Of a stretch of 59,958 nucleotides of DNA, positions 39,717-51,700 are shown piece after piece. Position 1 is the stretch's first letter. The number at the start of each line of letters is the position of its first letter. The notes beneath the pieces are model-generated. The model ran no database searches. It was not told the DNA's origin and saw only the letters and a list, made by a program, of their open reading frames with translations. Location of the stretch: positions 1-59,958 of the forward strand of contig NW_015165871.1 in assembly GCF_001447785.1 (NCBI RefSeq), given 5' to 3'. Source of the stretch: Gekko japonicus (Eukaryota). Position numbers and translations under genes: made by a program.

Positions 39717-42700
39717 CTGCAGGGAGGGAGGGAGGGTGAACTGGATATCTGTGTTTCTGGGAACAGTTTGCCTTGAGTTATATCAGTGGAGAGAGCCAGA
39801 TACAGATGTGACAGGAGAAGGAAGGGCTTCATATGAAGATTAATGTCAATAAGGTTAAGATGGCTTTTTTGTTATCTTGTTCCCTTTGATTAGGATACAT
39901 CCATTTGGACTCCCCCCCCACACCTCCCCTGGCCATGCAGAGGGTTGGGGAGTGGAAAGGGGCTGCTCAGCTAGGCGAGCTGCCCCTCTGATCCATCTGA
40001 CGGCTCTCAGCGACAGAGCCCCCTCTCCTCTCCTCTCCTCTGCAAACTCAGAGCCCAGCCCCTGCCGCCTCGAGGCTGATCCTGCTGCTGGGGATGGGGA
40101 AAGATCAGCCCTCCGCCAGCCAGGGCCTGTCTCCCGGGGGTGGGGTGGGGAGGGGGGGGCTGTTGCTCTGCTCTGGCTGACCTGCAGAATGTAGTTCCCG
40201 GGCCGGACGTCTGTGATGTCAATCCACTGGCAGTCGATGTCGTGCCGGTAGAGGTCCCAGCAGCCCACGGTGATGCCCTGCTCCCCGAAGTTGGCGCACT
40301 CGTAGCGCTTGCCCACGTCTGCCGGAGGAGGGGGTGGGCGTCAGGGATGGCCTCTGGCTGCCTCCCCCTCTGCTCCTGCCCTGGGAAGGAGACTGGGGCA
40401 CAGGCAGGTGGCACTGTGGCCTCACCGCCCATGAGAGGGGCCCACACGCCCCCTCCTCCCTGACACCCGCCTGGTCTGCAAGGGGCTGAGAAAGACCGCG
40501 AGGCCCTCCGCACGCGCAGCCCCTGCCCAGCAAGCCCCGTGGGCCTCCCGAGAGCATCGCCCACCTTCCTGGCATTCCGTGTCTTCCAGGCAGAAGCTGG
40601 CCTTGTGTCCCTCTGCCACCTTGGTGCCATTGGGGGTGAGGAGGTCGTAGTGGGTGAAAATGTCCATGCTGTGGTAGTGCCTGGGGGGGTGAGACGTGGC
40701 GGGGAGGAGGGACTCTGTGGCTGGCCCTCCTCCTCCGCCCTCCGGTGCTGGGGTGGCCTCCCGCCCTCCCCGTGCCTCCTCCAGCCTCTGGGGCGCCCAG
40801 GGGAGAGAGACCCACCCGCTGGCTTCCGCTGCTCCTTACCCGTGGCATTCGTGCCACACCCAAGAGTGGCGGCCAGCTTTGGGGCGGAAGTCTGCCCGGC
40901 CGTTGTTGTGGATCTGGGAAGAGAAACGCAGGAGGCGCCGGTGCCCATAGGGCCAGTTTGCATTACGGGCACTGCTCGACAAGCAGTTCTCCTCTGCAGC
41001 ACAGTAGAGCATGTGCAGAGGGCGGTCCTCGATGTACGCCGTCTCTTGCACCAACGGGGCGTGGAGCAGCAGGTCTGAGGCAGCTGCAGGAAGGGAAAGG
41101 AGGAAGGGACAGTTGGGGACGTGGGAGAGGACAGGAGGCCCCCACGCGGAGGGGCTTCGGACCCCCGGGGGAGGGGGAGATGGAGGGGGGCACCCAGAAG
41201 CCCAGCTATGCCCCCATTAAACCCCAAAGAGAGACAGAGAACACCCAAAGACGGGAGGGGAATCCAGGACACGCACGCACGCATGCACCCCGTTGGCCCT
41301 CCCCCCCCCACAAGGCTCACTCTCGGAGCAGATGACCCCAGCCGCAAAGCGAGCGCTCGTCTTCTGACAGTTGACGGTGTTGTGGTGTTGGCAGTGGCTC
41401 AGTGTCATCTCGTGCCCGGCGCACTTCACGCCACTCAGCACCATCTCCGTCACGTTGCTGGCATCCCAGTACCACGTTTCCTTGGAGAGACGCCACACAC
41501 GGCCTGAGCGGGGAAGGAGGGAGTCCCCCACGCCTCTCCCCCCCTCCCCCGCCAGCCGTGTTTTGGCACCAGCCAGCAAGCACCCACTTCCCCTGCTGCC
41601 AGATGCTGACTTGGCACAGCTCCCGCACCAAGGCCATGCATGCTCCATGCTCTGCCCCCCCATCCCACCCCATCATCCTCTAATGAGACCCCACACACAC
41701 AGGCACAGGCCCGCCCCGGCCGTCCACCTACCGTCACGGCATGCATGGCGTAGCCCAGGCCGAGCTGGCGACAGGCCACCATGGCTTCTGTGGTGCTCCA
41801 GCCCGTGCTGCAAACCGTGCCCCACCTGCCGGCCTGCTTCACCTCCACGCGGCCCTCAAACACCGTGCGGCCGCCAACTATCCGGATCTGTGGAGAAGCC
41901 CTGCAGGGAATGAGCGTGCCACAGGCCCCCCAGCCAGCCAGCCAGCCAGGTGAGGGAGCAGGGCGGACGTGTCCCTCCTCGGGCACCAGGGGGAGAAGCC
42001 CTCAGCTGCTCCGCGGGTGGTTGCAAGCGGCCCAGGGAGCAGGAGGAGGAGGGTAGCCCCCCCCACAGCAGCAGCCCCAGCAGCCAAGCGCCAGGAGCAG
42101 CAGCAGCAGCAGCAGCAGCCATCCACGGCCCGGCGGGCAAGCGCAAGGACCTACTTGCAAGCCTTGGCTGGCAAAGCCCAGGCCCAGCTGGCGGCACACC
42201 ACCATGGCCTCCGGGGTCCCCCAGCCCTGCCCACAAACCAAGCCCCACCGCGGGGGGGTGCTGTTGCTCCCAGCCCCCAGGGCCACCTCGACCCGCCCCT
42301 CAAAGCGGCTGCGGCCCCCGCTCAGGCGGACCTGNNNNNNNNNNNNNNNNNNNNNNNNNNNNNNNNNNNNNNNNNNNNNNNNNNNNNNNNNNNNNNNNNN
42401 NNNNNNNNNNNNNNNNNNNNNNNNNNNNNNNNNNNNNNNNNNNNNNNNNNNNNNNNNNNNNNNNNNNNNNNNNNNNNNNNNNNNNNNNNNNNNNNNNNNN
42501 NNNNNNNNNNNNNNNNNNNNNNNNNNNNNNNNNNNNNNNNNNNNNNNNNNNNNNNNNNNNNNNNNNNNNNNNNNNNNNNNNNNNNNNNNNNNNNNNNNNN
42601 NNNNNNNNNNNNNNNTATACCCAGCTCTTCACTACCTGAAGGTATCTTGGGGCGGCTTTCAATCGCCTTCCCTTCCTCTCCCCACACCAGACAGACACCC

Positions 42701-45700
42701 TGTGAGGTTAGGTGGGGCTGAGAGAGCTCTGGGAGAGCTGTGACTGGCCCAAGGCCACCCAGCTGGCTGGAGGAGGAGGAGGAGGGGCGGGGAATCCAGC
42801 CCGGTTCTCCCGGATTAGAGTCCGCTGCTCTTAACCCCCCACACTACACCACACCACGGCTGGCTCTCATAGGGGCGGCATACGGGGGGCAATACTGGGG
42901 GCAGATCCCTCCCCCGGGGGGGGGTATTTCAAGCACCTCCCTGGGCTTGGACCCTCTCCATTCCTCGGACCACCGGTCAACTCAGGGGCAGGAAGGGCTT
43001 GTGGGGCAGGCCAGCAAAAGAGCTGAGACCATAGGGGGTGGGCGGGCCTTAGCCGAGTTTCACATTGGGATGGAGAGGATTGGGCCCCTCCCATGCAAAA
43101 CAGGTGCCCTGGACAGTAATTTGGGGAAGGGTCAGGCAGGTACGGAAGCTCTCCGAAGGGCTCTGCCCACCACCTCCCCATAGCCACAGAACCCCCTGGC
43201 CTGCGCCACTGGGCCCGGCAAAGGCCTTCCGCCGCCCTTGGCACCAGCTGTGTTGGGGGGGGCCCTGAAACAAAAAGCCTCCCACCCCCCCTGCCATTGT
43301 NNNNNNNNNNNNNNNNNNNNNNNNNNNNNNNNNNNNNNNNNNNNNNNNNNNNNNNNNNNNNNNNNNNNNNNNNNNNNNNNNNNNNNNNNNNNNNNNNNNN
43401 NNNNNNNNNNNNNNNNNNNNNNNNNNNNNNNNNNNNNNNNNNNNNNNNNNNNNNNNNNNNNNNNNNNNNNNNNNNNNNNNNNNNNNNNNNNNNNNNNNNN
43501 NNNNNNNNNNNNNNNNNNCCCCGGCCGGCGGCGGGGCCCCCCCCCCCGCTGGGGGGGGGGGCCCCCCCCCCCCCGTCAGCAACTTAACATTGCAGTACTA
43601 TGTTGATCTGCAAACCCGGCTCTCAGAATTCCCAGTTTTCCTTTTTCCCCCAAAACGCAAGTCTCCAGTCCTCTGTGTGGCAGGGGTGTGCCTTCCCGTT
43701 TACGTCTCCACAACCGAAGAGGCTGGCTAGAGAGGGTGTGCTGTTTTAAAGGAAAACTGGGAATGCAGAGGTCCTGATACACAGACAGCCCTAGCTGTGG
43801 CGCTAGCGTGCTCCTCGGCCGCTGATTTAAAGAGAAACCCTGGAAAGGCCCCAGAGGGACGTGGGGGAGCCACAGTTGGGGGTCTGGAGCAGGGAAACCC
43901 ACCACGCGGAAGCCCCCTTCCCCAGTGCCCCAGAGCAGCAGCCTGAGCAGGGGCGGCAGAGCCACACAAGCCGGCCCTAACTCCCGTTCCTCCACAGGGC
44001 CAGGCGCTTGGGTCTCGGGGGGAGGGGCAGTTCTGTGGGACGTGTGGGTCCAGGCCAGACCCCCTGGGAGCCAACTCCTTCCACAGGCGAAGGCACACCT
44101 GACCCAGGCCAGGACTTGGCCCACTCTGTCTTCTCCCCCCGCCCACGTGCTTTCACCCTTGCTTGGAGGGTGGGAGGAAGCGGGGGGGGGCTCCACCCGA
44201 GACCCACAAGCAGCAGCAGCAGCAGCAGGAGACTCAGCTGGGCCTTCTTGCTGCCTCTCCTGCCCTCAGGCAGCCCCCCACCTCTTCTTCCCCGCACAGG
44301 GGGCAGGGGGAGCTCTTGGGGAAGGGTGATGGTGGCAGTGACAGGTCTGTGGGGGGCTTCTTTGCGGTGGGAGGGCTCCCTCCCTCATCACCAAGCAGGA
44401 GCCACCCCCGGCCCAGTGGGGAGCAACAGAGCAGGAGCGGCCGCCCGGGTGCTGGGCCCACCGGAGGGGGGGGGAGACAGCCCCCCCTGGGCTGAGAGGG
44501 CTGCAGCAGGCCAGAGAGCAGGAAAGGGGGTGGGGGTGGGGGGAGGCAGGGCCCCCTGCCCGGGGTTGTGGGCGGCCCGGCTAACCGTGGTCTCGTAGCC
44601 CATGTAGGGGACGTTGCAGCGGACGCCGGCATCCTCGGAGTGTTTGCAGCCCTCCTCGGTGATGTTCTTGTGTGGGCAGCCCCACAGCGACTTCTCGGAG
44701 CCCGCGCACTGCACCTCGTTCATGTGGATGGGGCCCATGCCTGCCACAGAGAGGGGAAGGAGGGCAGAGCGTCCCGAGAAGCCCCACACCTGCACGGCTG
44801 CCAAGCCACGGGGCTTGTTTTGCCCTGGCTGGAGGGCTCTAGCACGCCCAGTCGCTCCCGGTCCAGTGGGGGTTCTCTCTCTCACACACACACACACAGT
44901 CTCACACACACACACACACACACACAGAGCGGCCTTCTTCTCCTGAGCCAGACCTCCCCCCCCCCTTCCAGGTCAGTCTTCACTTCTCAGACTGGCCGTG
45001 GCCCTCCCGGGGCTCAGGCAGAGAAAGGCCTTTCCCGTCCGCGGAACGGACCCGGGGCCTTCTGCTGGACGCGATGCAGATGCTCTTTCCCCTGTGCCCC
45101 CAGGGCCCCTCCCCTCGAGTGAGGGCAAAGCAGCTGCCCGGCTTGCCATTGGTGGGTGGGTTGGAGCTGACCCGACGACTCCTTCAGACGGAGTCTGAAA
45201 ACTGACAGGAGGGAGGGGGGGTAGGGGTTTCCAACTCCCACCTTGGCCCAGAGTAGTGGCATGTGCCAGCCAGACTCACCTTGGCCCATGCGTGCCCCCG
45301 TCAGGGCCTCCTTGGCACTGCCAAAGCCCAGCTCCCGGCAAACCACGCTGGCCGACATCAGGTTCCAGCGGTCGTCGCAGACGGTGCCCCACTCGTTGTT
45401 CTTGAGCACCTCCACCCGCCCTTCGCCGGCCCTGGCCCCGCCCTTCAGCCGGATGCGCTTCTGTGGGGGACACCAGGAGGCTCAGAGCGGGCCGGGGGGA
45501 CGAAGGGAGGCTGCAGCGGGGGGGGGGCATCCTGGGGCCACGGGCATAGTCCAAGGCTCCCTCTGAGCTGTGGAGTCTTGCGAGCAAAAATCCTACTGTG
45601 TGAGCTGCCGGCATTAAAGTGGTGAGCCAGCCACTTGGCTCCTGCATAAATCAGTTTGCTCTGGAGCCCTCCTTCCCGAGCCAAGACAGGAATGTGTGAG

Positions 45701-48700
45701 CTGGGGGCTAAAAAACTGTGAGCCGGCTCACGCCAACTCAGCTTAGAGGGAACCCTGGAGCCCGAGTCTTGCGAGCAAAAATCCTACTGTGTGAGCTGCC
45801 GGCATTAAAGTGGTGAGCCAGCCACTTGGCTCCTGCATAAATCAGTTTGCTCTGGAGCCCTCCTTCCCGAGCCAAGACAGGAATGTGTGAGCTGGGGGCT
45901 AAAAAACTGTGAGCCGGCTCACGCCAACTCAGCTTAGAGGGAACCCTGGAGCCCACCCCCAGGCTGGGAGGGGCTCACCTGCCCCTGCTGCTTCTGCTGC
46001 CGCTGCTGCTGCTTCTTCTTCTGGGGGCTGCCTGCCGCAAAGAGGGGGCCGGGGACACAGCCCACCACTGCGGGCATCCCGCCCTTGCAGGTCCCGGTGG
46101 CGTTCCTTCTGTAGAACTCGAAGGAGCAGAGAGAGAGGTGGACCTCACTCCCCAGGCAGGAGACCGAGTGCAGCCGGTAGTGGAGCGGGTGTCGCTGTGC
46201 GTAGAGCCTGCAAGGAGTGGGGCCGGTCAGCAGAGGGTCCGGCAGGAAGGGTGGCAGGGAAGGGGGGCGCTGCCTCCCAGCTGCCCTTTGGGCGGAGGGG
46301 TGGCATTCGCACTACTGATCGCGGAGACGTTTCCGTGGCGGAAGGGCCAGCGTGCCGCCTCTCAGCCCAGAGGACCGCTCAGCACCAGCCTTTGCTGCTG
46401 CCCCCCCCCCAGCGACAACAAGTCCGGAGGGAGTCAGGGGATGTCCTGGGACTGCCCTCTCTGCTCTCCGCTCTCTGCTCTCTCCCAGACCCACGGCTGC
46501 GGGAGGCGAAGGGGTGCGTGCATGTGTGCCAATGCACGCCAATGCTTCCTCTCCTCCCTCGCAAAGCAGCCCCTCGGATGCCTCTGCACGCGGCCTCTGG
46601 ATCCTCCAGGCTGGCGCCCCTCCCGGGGGAGGAGGAGCCACAGCCGCAGCCCTGCCCACGTTACCTCTTGGCGCCCCTAAAGTCCTCCCTGCGCCTATGT
46701 TTGGGCCGAGCCCTGGAGACTGGCCTGGAAAACAGAAGAGAAGGGTGAAGGAGCCCCCTCCCCGGGCCAGGCCCACTCCCCCACACCCCCCGGTCAGCCA
46801 GCAGCGCATGCCCCCAGTCCAGCCCGCCAGAAGCAAGCCCTGCTACCATGCCACCACCGCAGCGCCTCCATGCTGGATTAGACCCAAAGCCTCCCCCCCG
46901 CCCTATTCCTTAGCCTCTGCCGGACCCCAAAAGAGCCCTAACTGTGCAAGCAGATTGTGGTTCTCCATATGAAAAGGCACAAGGGTGTGTGTGCGTGCAT
47001 GCACCCTCGCCTTGCCCCCATGCACCTGACCAAGGGAATGTTAAAGAACCACAAATGCTTTCCAAAGGGCCCACGGTATCCAAGTCTCAGACCGCCTGGC
47101 TTTCCTGGTCAAGATGAGCCCATGGAGTTGGTCTTGGAGGCGGGGGTGCTGGTGCAAGCTCCCCGTGAGGGTGGGGGCCAGCACCCCGGTGCCAGACCTC
47201 TCGGCCTGCCTGCTGCCTCAGCGGACGTTTGTCAGCCTCACAGGAAGGCAGAGGGGCCGTTCAAATCCACCCTGGTTCCCAAGTCTAGTGGGTTTTGGTA
47301 CTGACCTAACTTTTGTATAAACTTTGGTGGGCTGCCTTGGGAGCGGCAATGGGGAGAAAAGCAGCGGGGGAGGGGGGCTCTGTTCCGAGTTGCGACAACC
47401 CTCCCTCCGCCTCCATGGACTGCCCCCCCCAGCTCTGAAAGCTGTCCAAGGCCAGCGGCCGTGCCCACATCTTATGCAGAAGCACGCAGAGGACTTCCTT
47501 CTGCCCATCTGGCACCCCCTCCTCTATGGTTTCGCCGTGCCCTATGAAATCCCCCACCCCCGTCTGCTCCAGATTTTAGGACCCCATCATGCCTGTGCGT
47601 GTGCGTGCCCGTGTGTCTGCAAGAGCGTTCCAAAAGGCCCGGATGCCTTTCCTTGCGAGGAAAAGAGAAGGCCGCAAAGCCAGTGAGGTCCAGCCGGCCG
47701 CCTGCCCCCACAGCAGCCCTGGCCAGTCATGAGCGGAGGGACGGTGCCCGGTGGGTGCTGCCCTCCCCCTCTGCCTGGCGGGCAAAGGCCACGCGTCTCT
47801 CTCTCTCTCCCTCCACGGGTGAGCGGCCCAGGGAGAGGCCGGGCACACCGGGGGGGCTTTGTCTGGAAACTGTTTCCAGACTCCCATTCATGTCTGTCAG
47901 GTTCTCCCGCTCATCCTCTGACCCTTTCCAGTGCCTGGAAGGCGGGGGGGGGGGGGGGACCCCAAGCAAGGCCCTGCTCCCTCCGTTCCCGTTCCCTGCC
48001 AGCCCGGCCTGAGGAAGCCTCTGCGCCTTCTTCTTCCCCATTCACAACCCCCCCGGGGGGGGCTGGCCAGACACCCCCCCACACACTGTCTGGCTGCCAG
48101 CCTGAGGAGAGCCCTGTGCCTGCTGATGCCGCTTGGGAGGCTGCTGCCTGAGGTGGGACCCTGCTCTGTCCTGTCACTCAATGGCCCGGCCTCCTCCTCC
48201 TCCTCCTTAGTGTTGGCTGCCTGGGGCGCACCAGCTTCCCNNNNNNNNNNNNNNNNNNNNNNNNNNNNNNNNNNNNNNNNNNNNNNNNNNNNNNNNNNNN
48301 NNNNNNNNNNNNNNNNNNNNNNNNNNNNNNNNNNNNNNNNNNNNNNNNNNNNNNNNNNNNNNNNNNNNNNNNNNNNNNNNNNNNNNNNNCACCCACCCAC
48401 CCCCAGGAGCCGGGGATTAGTAGGCCCAAGAGGAGGCCGAGAGGCAAGCAGGGTCCCCCTGAGCAGGCCAGTGGAGCCCCAGGCGCCCCGGGTGATGATG
48501 ATGACGATGAACCTCCTCCTCATGCCCTCCAAGCCCAAGGGGCCCCAGCCAGCCTGGGCCACGAGGGAGAGAGAGAGAGAGAGAGAAGGATGCGCGGCAT
48601 ATGCATGCGAGGCAGCCTGCTTGGGAAGGAAGAGGTTCATCCCCTGTGCGCGGGTGGATTCCGAGCCCCTCGATCCAGCCCAGCCCGGATGGTCCTGCCC

Positions 48701-51700
48701 GCGGGGCAGCTCGGGCCCATCCCACAGGGAAGCCCTAGGGGCTCTGGTGCTGCCAGGGGGCCCCCGCCGGCCGCAGGGCCCGCCTGGCCCCATTACCTCC
48801 TCCTGCCCGGGCCTGCCTTCCTCCGGCCCTTGGCTGCCGCCTTGGCCGCTCGCTTGAACCGCCTGGGGAGTCAAAGGCAGCAGCAGCCTCTTAACGGGGG
48901 GGGGGAGGCCAGGCAGCCCACCGGGGCCCTGAGAGACACCCCCCGTGCGGGAGCCCACAGACTGGCTGAGCTCTCCCCGTGACGCCCACCACTGGAAGCC
49001 CCTCTCCCCGCCCACAGGAGGCCACTTCGGGGCTCCTGACCCTCGGCCAGGCAGGAGCCAGGGACTCACCAAAAGAGTGCCGGCGCTTTCAACCCGAGCT
49101 GGGCTCAGTGCCACGTTCAGGGGGCCTCCTGTCCCCCACCCCACCCCGTGCGCAGGGAGCAGCGTGCTCTGAACTCCACTCTTGGGGCTGCCTCAGATCG
49201 AGACCGGCGGGGCGAGCCCTCCCCCCCCCAGGGGCCGTCTCCCCAGCTGGCAAGGGCCCCGGGCAGATGCTCTTCGTCCTCCGGCAGAAACTCCTCCACC
49301 ACCCACCCACCCCCGGACATACAGGCCTCCCCAAGGGGAGGAGCAGCAGCTCCCACCCGGGCTGTTCTTCTGGGCTGAGGGGTGTGGACTCCTCGCCCTG
49401 CAGTCCTGATCCGAACCGGGACTGCGGTCCCAGCAGGACGGCCCCCGCCCCCCCCCCGCCTTTCCTTCCCCACGTACCCTGCTGCTACTGCTGCTGCCGC
49501 CGCCACCAGTGGAGACTCGGTGCCCTGGAGCCCGGGGGGCTGCCCCCTGCTTGGCTGTGGGCCCGTCCCCCCTCCCCCTCGGTGCCTGGCCCGCCTCCAT
49601 GGAGTGGCTGCGAAGAGGGCGAGAGGGAGGGGAGGGGAAGGGAAGGGCCCACCGGGAAGGGCCCACCCAGGCAGGGTCTGTGGCCCCGTTGGCCAGATCG
49701 GGCGGCTGCTCCTGCCCCCCACCGGTCGCCAGGGCTGGACTCACCTGTAGAAATTCCGGTTGACCTTCTTCTCGGCAGGGAAGCCCAGCATGCCGCAGAC
49801 AACACGGCTGTTCTGGCTGCTCCAGTTCCCATCGCAGATCTGGGCCCAGCTGTCCTTGTAGCGGACTTCCACGATGCCCTCCGTCACCGGCAGTGGCCGC
49901 TTGGCGTGGGAGACGACTGGGCGCAGCCGGAGCTCTTCCACCTGGTTCTGCTCTGTCTGGGGAGGGGGGCAAGGATCAGTTCCCCAGCAGCCTTGGCACT
50001 TGTCGCACAGGTCCCCTGCCGCAACCCCCCCCCCACGCCACCCATCTATGCCGGGGCAGACAACCTTGGGCTGTCAGTCACCTTGGGGGGTCCCGGCGGA
50101 AAGGAGCTCTCTCCACTCCAGGAAGAGAGGAGATCATGGCCGCCGCCACCACCACCACCACCCCGGTCTGGGGGGCAGCGGCCGCACCACGCTGGGGAGA
50201 AAGGGCCCTCCCTCGCCCGAACCCTTCCAGGGCTCTGCGTGGCAAACTGGAAAGACCTCGTGCCAGAAGTCCAAGGCAGGCTGGAAGCTTCCTGGTGCAG
50301 GAGGGGGGGCCCTGCTCTGGTGCTCTTTGCGATCTTTGCAGAATGAAAGCGATTGGCACCGACCGCTTGAACGGATACTCCCCAGAGGGAAGGGCGTCCA
50401 CGCAGCATGTGTGTGGGCCACGCCGGACTCCCCAGGAGGGCTTTTTACACAGGTCGGAGGGCCCGACTGTAACCCAACAGCCCGGAAAGATGCGTGGCTA
50501 AAGGGAGAGGCAGCGCGGGCTGCAGTGCCGTGAAGGGCTCTCGGAGTGTCTGCTGCTGTGTCCGGGCTGCACTGTTGAAGGTGGCCGTGCTAATAACAAC
50601 AACCACCTGTGCTCTTCTTCGGATTTGGGGCAGGTCCCAGATTCCTGCCGTCCCAGTCCTGCTGCACTGTGATTGGGTGTGGAGAGCCTTCCTGTCGATC
50701 GCACACTGACTGGACTCACTCTGTGTAACTCACCTGGAGCCCCCGTGGGAACGGCGGGACATGAGGGACAGACGTAATTTAAGAAAAGGAAGAAAGCCCA
50801 ACTGCCTCTCTACGAGGTGCAAAAAGATGGCTAGCTGTAGACCACGGGTTGGATCCAGCAGTCCACGGCCTGCAACTCCTCCTCGTGTCTCCCAGCCCAG
50901 CAGCCATTTATCCCCAGCGCCACAGAAGCCACGTGGGCCACTAGCAACACGGCTTGGGAGGCTGCCGTGGAATCAGGGCTGTCAGCCTCCCGGAATCACT
51001 TGTGACCTCCCGGTGGCAGGGGTCTGAGGACACGCCGGGGCCTCCGGGGCTGGCCCTCACAAAAGGGAGGGTGTGGGTGGCTTTTGATTTTGGGCCAGCA
51101 GGGCTGGAGGTGCCTGTTGTCGGAATTCACTCTGTCATTTGCAAGACACTGTGTGCGCTGGGGGCCTGCAAGGCACGAAGGCTCCCGAGCGGGTTAAGCA
51201 GCCCGCCGAGAAGGAAGCGGAAGAGGAGTGCAGCCTGCCAAATTCCTTTCAGTCTTTGGAGAGGCAGACGGGCCCACCGAACTCGAAGCAGAGTGCAAAA
51301 CAAAAGTGGTAATGGAAAAAAAGGAGGGGGGGTGGGGCCACAAGGAAATTACCGGGGGATGGAAAGGGAGGGGGGCCTCTCAGCAAAGAAGCTGCCCAAG
51401 CCGCAGCCAGAACGCCAAAAAGGAATGCGGGGAAAGGGGCCTGCTGGCGTCAGCATGAAGCAGCAGCAGCGGCACACCGGGAAGTCCAGGAGCCACGGGA
51501 GGAGGAAGAGGCTCCGCTTGCTAGAAGGACAGACGGACTCCGGCTTGGCCAAATGCCTCCCCCGCCCCCGCCCGCCCCGAGGGTGACGAGCAGACCTAAG
51601 GAATGCTGTGGGTGTAAAATAACTGGCCTCCAGTCGAGCTTGTGACCCACTTCCAGATGGGAGGGGATTTGCAGCCCGCGGTAGCCCAGGTCGCTCCCGA

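Noticed and set aside
48417-48560. Strong (CT)n acceptor followed by a His-rich frame in LOXL3 intron 4
   Set aside because: In the phase required after exon 4 it stops after ~11 codons; no donor or homology support
47897-50533. Several 200-450 aa Pro/Gly/Arg-rich ORFs on both strands
   Set aside because: Expected from stop-codon scarcity at very high GC; no domains beyond the LOXL3 exons
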